This document shows, piece by piece, positions 17,231 through 24,187 of a stretch of DNA of 24,572 nucleotides. The notes under the pieces are model-generated. The model searched no databases and was not told where the DNA came from. It saw nothing but the letters and a program-made list of their open reading frames with translations. A program made the translations under genes and the position numbers. Source of the stretch: a virus (taxonomy: Duplodnaviria; Caudoviricetes); IMG/VR virus record IMGVR_UViG_3300037423_000406, positions 1 to 24,572 of that record. One strand, 5' to 3'. Position 1 is the first letter of the stretch; the number at the start of each line of letters is the position of its first letter.

Positions 17231-19324
17231 ATGGCACTGATCCTCGGGATCGGAAACGGACTGCCGTTCGGCGGGACGGTTGCGTCTGGCGGCGCAGCGC
17301 CGGTGACGTTCCAGGCGACCTCGCGCCCTTCCAGCCCGACGATCGCCAAGAACGTCACCACGGCGGGCGATTCCACCGTGGTGGGCGTCGGCACTCAGAA
17401 CTCGCCCACGGACTACTCCTGGCCCGGCCAAGCCGCGACCCTGGCGACAGTCACCTTCCTGCGCAAGGAAGTGTCGGGGATGTCCGTGCAGACGGGCGGG
17501 ACCGGCCTCAACACCAACCCGATCGCCACGCAGATCACGGGGCAGGGCGCGACGCCGCTTGCCAACAATCACCAGTTCTTCACCGGCGGCCTCAACGACT
17601 ACAACACCGGCGTCCAGACCGAGCCGAACCTGCGGCTGTGGGACGTCAACATCCCCACGGTGATCTCAGGGACGATCCTGCCGTCGTTCACCGGCGGAAC
17701 CTCGCAATGGTGGACCTACTTCGACGCTCACGGCGAGGACGACGCCGGCCCTGGCATGAAGCAATGGGCGTCCTGGCGCTACATGCACCGGAGCCTGCAG
17801 GCGACCTACGGCGCCCACATCTTCGATATCCGCCGCTACCTGCAGTTCGTCGGCGCGCAACAGGGCCAGAGCGGGGTGGGGGTCACGAACCTCAACCAGT
17901 TCTGGGGCAAGCCCATCGAGTACGAAGGGCAGAGCACCGACCTTTTCCGCAGCAACCCGCCCAGCACGTGGAACTGGACGAACACGGCGACGAACACGGG
18001 GGCCGGCATCGAGGCGGCGGCGCCCGCAGCCGGCTATGCCGAGGGCGATATCATCCAGAACGTGGCGGCGCCCTTCAACGGCGGCGGCATCTGGCGGAAG
18101 AACGCCTCCGGCGCCTGGAGCGGCACGTCGTCGTCGCTATTCGACGCCAAGCACCTGTCGCGCTGGGGCTATGCGGTGTGGGCGCAGGTGGCGATCGACA
18201 TCCTCGTGGCCTTCCAGGGCCAGGGCGCCCCGGTCCCATGCCCGGCGGAGCTGTACTGCAAGCAGGACGACGCGGCCGGAACGACGGTCGGGACCATCTA
18301 CTACGTGGGCAGTGCGCCGGCGACCCTATCGCTGTGGGACGCCTCCTCCCATGCGGCCGTCACGCAGCTGACCCTGACCGACAACGGCTCGGTCAACGGC
18401 GCGGGGTCGATCACCGTCACCCGCTCTGGGACCGGCACGCTGACCGAAGGCGAGATGCTGCTGGACATCCAGCTCACCGACGCCTCCGGCCATGTGCAGC
18501 ACGGCCCGGTGGACTTCCGGATCGGCCAGCCCTCGACGCAGACCGTCCCGCGGCTCTGGGCGCTGCCGTACTCCGGCGAGAGCCCGCTCACCTCGCGGAC
18601 CGACTTCTCCCTGGTGGGCCGCGAGAACAACGGCTTCTCGGACGGGGCGACGTTCTGGGGCATCGGCTGGCTGCAGCCGCAGGACATGACCGAGAACATG
18701 TACCTGCTCGACCTGGAGGCGGCGCACAGCGACAACTCCAAGCTTCAGGTCTACATCAACTCCGGCAACGCCAGCCTGCGCTTCACCGGCGTCAACTCGG
18801 CCGGATCGTTCGTCTTCAACGGCCCGAACGTGGTCGCCTTCGCGGCTGGGCAGGCCACTTGGTTCGCGTTCCAGGTCGATGCTTCGCCGGCCACTCCGAC
18901 CATCAAGTACATCTTCAACAAGAACGGCGCAGGGGACAACTCCGGCACGCTGAACGGCACGACCGGTTCGACCACCATGGCCTTCAGCAAGATGACGCCG
19001 CGCTTCCTCTCCCTGCGCGACGCCAACCTGTGGACCTACGCCTGGCAGTTCAACAACGCCCGCGACACCAACCGCAACCAGTTCCGCGGCAAGCTCGGGA
19101 TGCTGGCCTGCGGCCATGGCGACATCGGGGTCGGCTCGACCTTCAACCCGCGCACGATCTGGAACACCAACGGCACGCCAGTGGCCCGCACACCCATGGC
19201 CGCCATCAACGGCGTGACGCCCGTCTACGACATCCAGGGCGGCATCGGCGACTTCCTGAACGGCGGCTTCAATCAGACGCAGCTCGTCTTCGGCACCTAT
19301 CGCGGCATCAAGGGGCTCACCTAA
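17231..19324 (+). CDS. Head fibre / receptor-binding protein with SGNH (GDSL) esterase domain and beta-sandwich (lectin-like) C-terminus
   Basis: N-terminal MALILGIGNGL peptide. SGNH blocks AGDST, VSG, GGLND and DAKHLSRWGY. Thr/Gly/Asn-rich beta domains follow. Confidence 0.7.
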   Translation: MALILGIGNGLPFGGTVASGGAAPVTFQATSRPSSPTIAKNVTTAGDSTVVGVGTQNSPTDYSWPGQAATLATVTFLRKEVSGMSVQTGGTGLNTNPIATQITGQGATPLANNHQFFTGGLNDYNTGVQTEPNLRLWDVNIPTVISGTILPSFTGGTSQWWTYFDAHGEDDAGPGMKQWASWRYMHRSLQATYGAHIFDIRRYLQFVGAQQGQSGVGVTNLNQFWGKPIEYEGQSTDLFRSNPPSTWNWTNTATNTGAGIEAAAPAAGYAEGDIIQNVAAPFNGGGIWRKNASGAWSGTSSSLFDAKHLSRWGYAVWAQVAIDILVAFQGQGAPVPCPAELYCKQDDAAGTTVGTIYYVGSAPATLSLWDASSHAAVTQLTLTDNGSVNGAGSITVTRSGTGTLTEGEMLLDIQLTDASGHVQHGPVDFRIGQPSTQTVPRLWALPYSGESPLTSRTDFSLVGRENNGFSDGATFWGIGWLQPQDMTENMYLLDLEAAHSDNSKLQVYINSGNASLRFTGVNSAGSFVFNGPNVVAFAAGQATWFAFQVDASPATPTIKYIFNKNGAGDNSGTLNGTTGSTTMAFSKMTPRFLSLRDANLWTYAWQFNNARDTNRNQFRGKLGMLACGHGDIGVGSTFNPRTIWNTNGTPVARTPMAAINGVTPVYDIQGGIGDFLNGGFNQTQLVFGTYRGIKGLT

Positions 19325-20196
19325 TGGATCGCTACGCCACCTCGGCCGACCTCGCGTCGGTCTTCACCCAGTGCCAGCCGGGCGATGTCCTGCACCTCTC
19401 CGGACAGTTCGGCCTTGCCGTGCTGCAGGCGCGCAGCTTCTCGACGCCACTCACCATCGACGCCACAGCCGCCAACATCGGCGCCGTGGTCATGAAGGCC
19501 TTGACCGGCGTCATCTGGAAGGGCGGCCACTTCATGGCAGACCCAACCATCGGGCGGCCTGGCTTGGCCATCTACAACTGCCTACAGCTGACCCTGGACG
19601 GTATCGCCTACGCCGGCAACGGGGCGCTGAACGGGATCGACGTCCGCGACAGCACCGATGTCACCCTGATCCGCAGCCGCTTTGACCGGCCGAAGGTGGG
19701 CGTGACCCTCTGGAACGTCACCCGCGGCCTCGTCACCGAGAACCTGATCTGGGGCTGGCAGGACGACGGGATTGGGTTCGGGTCCTGCGTGGACACGACC
19801 ATCGAGCACAACACCCTGGCCGGCCCGCTGCCGGGCTCCGACGGCGTGCACGTCGACGGGATCCAAGGCTACGTCGGCCAGGTCCCCAACCAGCGCGTCA
19901 CCGTGCGCGGCAACATCATCTCCGGGGCTGCGACCCAAGGCGTGTTCGTCAACCTGATCAGCGGCTATCCGGCCGCGCAGGGGACCGTGATCGAAGACAA
20001 CGTGGTGCACACCGCCGACGCGCCGAACGGCATCCGGTTGGAAGGCGACCTCACTGGCAAGGTGACCGGCAACCGCGTCGGAACCCGGCTCGGGTCGAAG
20101 TGGCAGACCACGATCTACACGACCGCCGGCGTGACGCGGACGGGCAATGTGGTTGCTCCGTTCACCCCCTGGCCCGCCATCATCGACGCCGCCTGA
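19324..20196 (+). CDS. Right-handed parallel beta-helix (pectin lyase-like) protein, 290 aa
   Basis: TAATG overlap. QPGDVLHL.G start, repeated turns (VTENLI, TIEHNT, TVRGNII, VIEDNV, VTGNRV), DDGI and HVDGIQ motifs. Confidence 0.85.
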   Translation: MDRYATSADLASVFTQCQPGDVLHLSGQFGLAVLQARSFSTPLTIDATAANIGAVVMKALTGVIWKGGHFMADPTIGRPGLAIYNCLQLTLDGIAYAGNGALNGIDVRDSTDVTLIRSRFDRPKVGVTLWNVTRGLVTENLIWGWQDDGIGFGSCVDTTIEHNTLAGPLPGSDGVHVDGIQGYVGQVPNQRVTVRGNIISGAATQGVFVNLISGYPAAQGTVIEDNVVHTADAPNGIRLEGDLTGKVTGNRVGTRLGSKWQTTIYTTAGVTRTGNVVAPFTPWPAIIDAA

Positions 20197-20235
20197 TCCT
20201 CCCCCTGTGAAGCCCCTGCGTACCTTGGAGCCCCG

Positions 20236-20550
20236 ATGACGACCGCTGATGCCGCGCAGCTCTACACGCCCATCGTCGGCCTGATCGGCCTGGCCTTCTG
20301 GGTTGGTGGCCTCTCCAGCCGGGTGAAGACCCTGGAGCGGGAGGCCAAGGAGCAAAAGGACGAGAAGAAGGCCGAGGAGGCCTCCGACGAGGCCGACCAC
20401 GACCGCATCGTGAAGATGGAGACCATTCTCACCCGGGTGGAAGCCAAGATCGACCATCTCGACCGCGACTTCGACGGCATGAAGCGCTCGCTCTCCAACC
20501 TGGCGACCGGCCGGGGCAATCAGTTCGTCCGCATCCAGGAGGAAGGATGA
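20236..20550 (+). CDS. Single-TM coiled-coil protein, holin/antiholin candidate
   Basis: GGAG RBS, N-terminal hydrophobic segment PIVGLIGLAFWVGGL; stop overlaps the endolysin start. Confidence 0.55.
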   Translation: MTTADAAQLYTPIVGLIGLAFWVGGLSSRVKTLEREAKEQKDEKKAEEASDEADHDRIVKMETILTRVEAKIDHLDRDFDGMKRSLSNLATGRGNQFVRIQEEG

Positions 20551-21335
20551 CCCGACCCGTTCCCCAATGCGCCCTGCAGTTCCTGAAGGGGGCTGAGGCC
20601 GTGAGGCTGACCGCCTATCTGGACTCCGCTGCCGTGCCGACCATTGGCGTCGGCCACACCGGCCCGGAAGTCCATCTCGGCATGACGATCACGCCGTCGC
20701 AGTCGGACGCCTACCTATTCGCTGACGCGACCAAAGCCGCGACCCGGCTGGCCCTGATGGTCAAGGCAGAGGTGATCGAGGCGCTGTCCGAGCATCAGTA
20801 TGCGGCGCTGATCTCCTTTGTCTTCAATCTCGGGACGCCCAAGTCCACGCTGTGGGGCCTGCTGAACGCCCGCAACTTCGCCGCCGTGCCTGCGAAGATG
20901 ATGGAGTTCGACAAGGCCCGCGTGAAGGGCCGGCTTGTCGAACTGCCCGGCCTCTACAACCGCAGAGCCGCCGAGGTGGCGCTGTGGAAGACGGCGGACG
21001 TGGCCGCTGCGACGGCCATGGTGCAAGCCGTCCCGCCAACTCCGCCGTCGTCCTACACGCGCGCGGCGGACACGCCCGAAGCGCAGGGCTCGCTCAAGCC
21101 CAACAGCCGCTCCAAGAGCTTCATCGCCTCGGCGGTGACGGCCTGCGCAGCGACGGCCGCGCCATTCGTCAATCAGATCCAGGCCGGCGCCCAGACGGTC
21201 AACAAGACCCTGGAGCCGTACATCGGCGGCTCTGAAATCCTCCAGCACGTCCACGAGAACCTGACGATCGGCCTGGCGGTCCTGGCCGTCCTCACCGTCG
21301 TGCTCGTGGGCCTCAAGAACAAGGGAATGTCCTGA
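20547..21335 (+). CDS. Endolysin, GH24 lysozyme with C-terminal hydrophobic extension
   Basis: E-X8-D-X5-T triad (EAVRLTAYLDSAAVPT), IGVGHT, ALISFVFNLG, LPGL.NRR.AE. C-terminal LTIGLAVLAVLTVVLVGL. Confidence 0.93.
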   Translation: MTRPVPQCALQFLKGAEAVRLTAYLDSAAVPTIGVGHTGPEVHLGMTITPSQSDAYLFADATKAATRLALMVKAEVIEALSEHQYAALISFVFNLGTPKSTLWGLLNARNFAAVPAKMMEFDKARVKGRLVELPGLYNRRAAEVALWKTADVAAATAMVQAVPPTPPSSYTRAADTPEAQGSLKPNSRSKSFIASAVTACAATAAPFVNQIQAGAQTVNKTLEPYIGGSEILQHVHENLTIGLAVLAVLTVVLVGLKNKGMS

Positions 21336-21655
21336 TGGACTTCATCTTCGGTTTCGCCGCCTGCGCGCTCTGCGTCTTCGGCTACCACCACTTCTTCGGC
21401 TCGAAGGGCGCGCTCGGGCCGGTCGCCACCACTCTGCAAACCCTCCTCGAAGGACTCGTACAGACCATGACCCAAGCCGCACAGGACATCCTCGGCAAGC
21501 TCGATGGGATCGAGCAAGGCATTCAGGCGAAGGTGGAGGCCGCCGTCTCGGCCGCGCTTGCCGCCAAGCAGGCCGAGCTCGACGCCGAGACCCAGGCCCA
21601 CAGCGAAGACCTCGCCGCGATCAGCGCCAAGGTCGACCAGATGGCTGGGGGCTGA
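21335..21655 (+). CDS. Membrane-anchored coiled-coil hypothetical protein in the lysis region
   Basis: TGATG overlap. Hydrophobic N-terminus FIFGFAACALCVFGY and Ala/Gln helical tail. Confidence 0.65.
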   Translation: MDFIFGFAACALCVFGYHHFFGSKGALGPVATTLQTLLEGLVQTMTQAAQDILGKLDGIEQGIQAKVEAAVSAALAAKQAELDAETQAHSEDLAAISAKVDQMAGG

Positions 21656-21656
21656 C

Positions 21657-21869
21657 ATGGAAGCCGAACTCAAAGCGCTGCGAGAGGAGATCGCGGCCTT
21701 GCGGCGTGAAGTCGCCGAACTGCGGGCGCGGCCCTTGTATCCCATTGCGCCGAACCCGATGCCTCTGTGGCCGAATCCCATGCCGCCGTTCCCGCACCAG
21801 CCGTATTGGTCGGGGCCGTCGCAGGCTACCGGCCACGGGCCTTTCCTGGGCGACCGGTTGACCGGCTAA
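21657..21869 (+). CDS. Hypothetical protein, 70 aa (short coiled coil + Pro-rich tail)
   Basis: ATG one base after the previous stop; stop overlaps the next ATG; PNPMP occurs twice. Confidence 0.65.
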   Translation: MEAELKALREEIAALRREVAELRARPLYPIAPNPMPLWPNPMPPFPHQPYWSGPSQATGHGPFLGDRLTG

Positions 21870-22393
21870 TGCTCCCCTTCCTCGCTTCCCCACTCCTGCG
21901 CCCCCTGCTGGCCGGCGTCGCGATCCTCGCGATCCTCGGCGGCGCGTGGTTCAAGGGCTGGGAGGCGAGGGGGCATCACGACAAGGCCGCTGAGGCCGCT
22001 CGCGAGGCGAGGGCGGCTCTCGTTGTCCGGGCTGCGCAGAGGGCCTCGGCGGCGCTCTCTGAGGCCTCCAGGGCCGATCTGGACCGAACCCAGGCCGAGA
22101 ACCACACGCGCACCATCACCCTGATCCGAAAGGTCCCGATCTATGTCACCGCGAAGGATGATGCTGATTGCCGCGTGCCTGATGGGCTTGTCCGCCTGCA
22201 CGACGCCGCGGCTCTCGGGTTGCCCGACGTTCCCGCCGGCGCCAGTGAATCTAAGCAATCCGCTAGGGTCGCTCTCTCCGATCTCACCGGGACCGTCGTC
22301 GGCAACTACGGCCAAGCCCTCGACTGGCGAGCGGAAGCCCTGACCTGGCGGGCGTGGTACGCGGCGCAAGCGAAGGCATGGCCGGTCAAATGA
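21869..22393 (+). CDS. Rz-like inner-membrane spanin
   Basis: N-terminal TM (LLAGVAILAILGGAWF), Ala-rich coiled coil, motif KVPIYVT...DADCRVPDGLVRLHDAAA. Confidence 0.75.
   Translation: MLPFLASPLLRPLLAGVAILAILGGAWFKGWEARGHHDKAAEAAREARAALVVRAAQRASAALSEASRADLDRTQAENHTRTITLIRKVPIYVTAKDDADCRVPDGLVRLHDAAALGLPDVPAGASESKQSARVALSDLTGTVVGNYGQALDWRAEALTWRAWYAAQAKAWPVK
22143..22343 (+). CDS. Embedded Rz1-like outer-membrane lipoprotein (o-spanin candidate)
   Basis: Different frame fully inside the Rz-like gene. Signal MSPRRMMLIAACLMG, lipobox LSA-C, Pro-rich mature part. Confidence 0.55.
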   Translation: MSPRRMMLIAACLMGLSACTTPRLSGCPTFPPAPVNLSNPLGSLSPISPGPSSATTAKPSTGERKP

Positions 22394-22515
22394 CCGCCGC
22401 CGGCCTCCTCCTCATCGGCTTCGTGATCGGAGGCCCGTTCTGGCTCGGCCTTGCCGCTCTTGGGGTTGTTGGAGCGGCTAGAGCGGTGTGGAGGATGGCG
22501 GAGAGGTGGTTGTAG
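22390..22515 (+). CDS. 41-aa hydrophobic membrane peptide (MTAAGLLLIGFVIGGPFWLGLAALGVVGAARAVWRMAERWL)
   Basis: ATGA overlap with the spanin stop; translated by hand, as it is below the ORF-track cutoff. Confidence 0.6.
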   Translation: MTAAGLLLIGFVIGGPFWLGLAALGVVGAARAVWRMAERWL

Positions 22516-22517
22516 AT

Positions 22518-22627
22518 GCTGCGGCGGCCGGGCGCTACTCCGGCTCCATCCACCGCGTGGTAGCCCGCGCTTTCAGGCGCGGATGGCCTGGGCCTAGGCG
22601 TGTCTGCTTTCCACGCCGCGCCGCAGC
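22518..22627 (-). ncRNA. 110-nt tRNA-like structured RNA candidate (RNA-A)
   Basis: Minus-strand fold: GCUGCGGCG/CGCCGCAGC closing stem; GGCGUG-GAAAGCAGA-CACGCC arm; CCAU/AUGG stem enclosing two hairpins; GCCGG-AGUAGCGC-CCGGC arm abutting the closing stem. It has its own promoter candidate. Confidence 0.6.
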
Positions 22628-22632
22628 CCCTC

Positions 22633-22679
22633 AATATCGCCCAAAAACCCTTGCGATTCAAGCGCGTTTGTGGTGTAGT
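22633..22679. promoter_or_regulatory. Back-to-back sigma70-type promoter candidates
   Basis: Minus strand: TTGAAT (22661-22656)-N17-GATATT (22638-22633). Plus strand: TTGCGA (22651-22656)-N17-TGTAGT (22674-22679). Locally AT-richer. Confidence 0.6.
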
Positions 22680-22685
22680 TAGTTC

Positions 22686-22761
22686 GCTGCGGCGACCTGA
22701 CTCGACCCTCTGGTGCGCCGGAGGGTCTAAGCTACCCGCAAGGATGCTTGAGCGCCGCAGC
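22686..22761 (+). ncRNA. 76-nt structured RNA candidate (RNA-B)
   Basis: GCUGCGGCG/CGCCGCAGC closing stem, ACCUGA bulge, CUC/GAG, hairpin GACCCUCUGG-UGCG-CCGGAGGGUC and hairpin AAGC..CC-GCAA-GG..GCUU. Confidence 0.6.
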
Positions 22762-22985
22762 TACCTCCGCCCCTTCCCCCTATTCCCCTCCGGTAGAGAC
22801 AGAACCCCGCATCCGATAAGCCCGTCCTGAACCAGCTTACGAGCCAACAGCTCCAGGGACTGCCCCGGGAACGTCGTATCGCGTAACATCACCAGAGCGG
22901 ACCACTCGCGGGCGGGGAGGGTGAGTTCGAGCTGCCGAGGGCGGTCGCTGGCGTCGGTCGGGCGGCGCCTGTCAGCCTCGCTCAC
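22761..22985 (-). CDS. Hypothetical protein, 74 aa (possibly a small DNA-binding protein)
   Basis: GTG start overlaps the upstream TGA, with GGAG upstream. Confidence 0.6.
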   Translation of the reverse strand: MSEADRRRPTDASDRPRQLELTLPAREWSALVMLRDTTFPGQSLELLARKLVQDGLIGCGVLSLPEGNRGKGRR

Positions 22986-23194
22986 CCTTCTCCCCCGATC
23001 CTGTCTGGAGTTGAGAGGGCGGCGTCTCTCGGCCGCTTGTCCCACATGATCTGGATCTCTTCGATTGCAGCGCGGGCGGCGTCGGCATATCGGGGCCAGT
23101 TCGCGTCTAGGAAAACTTTGCCGGGGTCACCAAGGCAGGTCGATCGACAGATCGCCCTCGCCACACGCTCCACCATGCTCTCAGCTTCACTCAC
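22982..23194 (-). CDS. Hypothetical phage protein, 70 aa
   Basis: MVERVARAIC...W..Y...ARAAIE pattern typical of small phage early proteins; overlaps both neighbours. Confidence 0.7.
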   Translation of the reverse strand: MSEAESMVERVARAICRSTCLGDPGKVFLDANWPRYADAARAAIEEIQIMWDKRPRDAALSTPDRIGGEG

Positions 23195-23510
23195 TTCCGC
23201 TCTCCGGTTCTTCGTGGGGGTGGGGAGGGGGATCGGGGAGGGGATGCCAGTGCGATGGAATGAACCAGGGTCCGAGCCACGTGGAGCCGACTGGCGACCA
23301 CGCTTCGTCGATCTCATCCCAGTAGCACACCGCCCGCCTCGGCCGGTCGAGCCCAGCGTATAATTCGCGGTCTTTGGGATGCGGGTCCAGCACGCCCCAC
23401 GCCAAAATCAATTGGTCCCGAGGCGCGCTCTCAATCCCCCGCCATCCTCCAGAACTCTCATCCTCTCCCTGGCCGCTTTGGGCCAAGACGGGCTGGGATC
23501 GGGATGCCAT
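23187..23510 (-). CDS. DUF551-family phage protein
   Basis: W..IESAPRD..IL.W and PSHWHPLPDPP motifs; GGAGGA RBS. Confidence 0.85.
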   Translation of the reverse strand: MASRSQPVLAQSGQGEDESSGGWRGIESAPRDQLILAWGVLDPHPKDRELYAGLDRPRRAVCYWDEIDEAWSPVGSTWLGPWFIPSHWHPLPDPPPHPHEEPESGSE

Positions 23511-23542
23511 GTGTTCCTCCTTCATAGCCAGGGGTGTTGGGG

Positions 23543-23977
23543 CTAGTGAATCGGCTGGCCCACTTCCATCTGAACCTCCTCGGCGACGAAGCCCTTGTGC
23601 TTCGTGTTCATATGCCGCGCGAGGTTGGCGAACGTCCGGTTGCAGCATGGGCAGACCCCATTGGCGACGCGGTTCTTCATGCGCGTCGTGACCCCGCGCT
23701 GGGCTGCAACGCGGCGCTCTAGGTGCCGCGCCTGATCGTATGCCTCGTGCCGCCAGCGTCGCTCGCGCTCAGCCGTTAACCGCGCTGCCTCGGCTGCTTG
23801 CTCGGCCTTCAGGAGCTGCGCCTTGAGCCGGTCCGCCTCGCTCTGCTTATAGGACTGTCCGTGCCCGTTGGGGCAATAGAACGTCTGCTTCTCGTTCCGG
23901 CAGGTTTTCCAGAGCGCTTTCGGCATTCCAAACACCACGCCACACGTGCAGCACGTCTCTTCGGCGAAGTCCGTCAT
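23543..23977 (-). CDS. Double zinc-binding coiled-coil protein, 144 aa
   Basis: CCTC...FYCPNGH N-terminal site, central coiled coil, C-terminal CPCC....L.RHM..KH C2H2-like finger; GGAGG RBS. Confidence 0.8.
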   Translation of the reverse strand: MTDFAEETCCTCGVVFGMPKALWKTCRNEKQTFYCPNGHGQSYKQSEADRLKAQLLKAEQAAEAARLTAERERRWRHEAYDQARHLERRVAAQRGVTTRMKNRVANGVCPCCNRTFANLARHMNTKHKGFVAEEVQMEVGQPIH

Positions 23978-23989
23978 GGTCCCTCCATC

Positions 23990-24183
23990 AGCGCAAGTGG
24001 AGCGCAAGAGATGATCTCAACTATCGGATTTGATGCAGATGATACTCTTTGGCACAACGAGCGTATCGTCAAGGTGAAACGTTGAATCTATTAGGCTAAT
24101 CGGTCCACAGTTTGGACCATATACCGCAATAAACCGCGCAAAACCGCAGAACGAGGCGTGAACCCCGCGCAAGTTGCGCAACT
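23990..24183. promoter_or_regulatory. Probable attP with arm-type repeats
   Basis: AT-rich region just downstream of int. GCGCAA at 23991, 24002, 24136, 24167 and 24176; A(T/A)ACCGC three times at 10-bp spacing (24121-24147); inverted repeats GGTCCA-N5-TGGACC (24102-24118) and AGTTGCGCAACT (24172-24183). Confidence 0.7.
24011..24085 (+). pseudogene. 5' fragment of a HAD-family hydrolase gene (MISTIGFDADDTLWHNER...) carried in attP
   Basis: HAD motif I (FDADDTLW), then loss of HAD-like sequence and a stop after 24 codons. Confidence 0.8.
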
Positions 24184-24187
24184 CGAC

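Noticed and set aside
17638-19323. 562-codon N-terminal extension of the beta-helix ORF overlapping the fibre gene (possible overprinting or frameshift fusion)
   Set aside because: The extension is Arg/Pro/Gly/His-rich, as expected for an off-frame GC-rich read. A clean TAATG coupled start exists at 19324 and no slippery site was seen.
16152-20196. Diversity-generating retroelement or invertible tail-fibre cassette
   Set aside because: No reverse transcriptase or invertase gene, and no template/variable repeat pair was noticed among the fibre genes.
22518-22627. Canonical tRNA or tmRNA
   Set aside because: No GTTCRA T-loop, no 7-nt anticodon loop, no CCA end, and a 9-bp closing stem. Reported only as tRNA-like.
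22686-22761. Hammerhead ribozyme (CTGA at a three-way junction)
   Set aside because: The core reads CUGACUC rather than CUGAnGA, and there is no GAAA in the required position.
24121-24150. Short tandem repeats as a CRISPR array or microsatellite
   Set aside because: Only three imperfect 10-bp units with no spacers; better explained as integrase arm-type sites.
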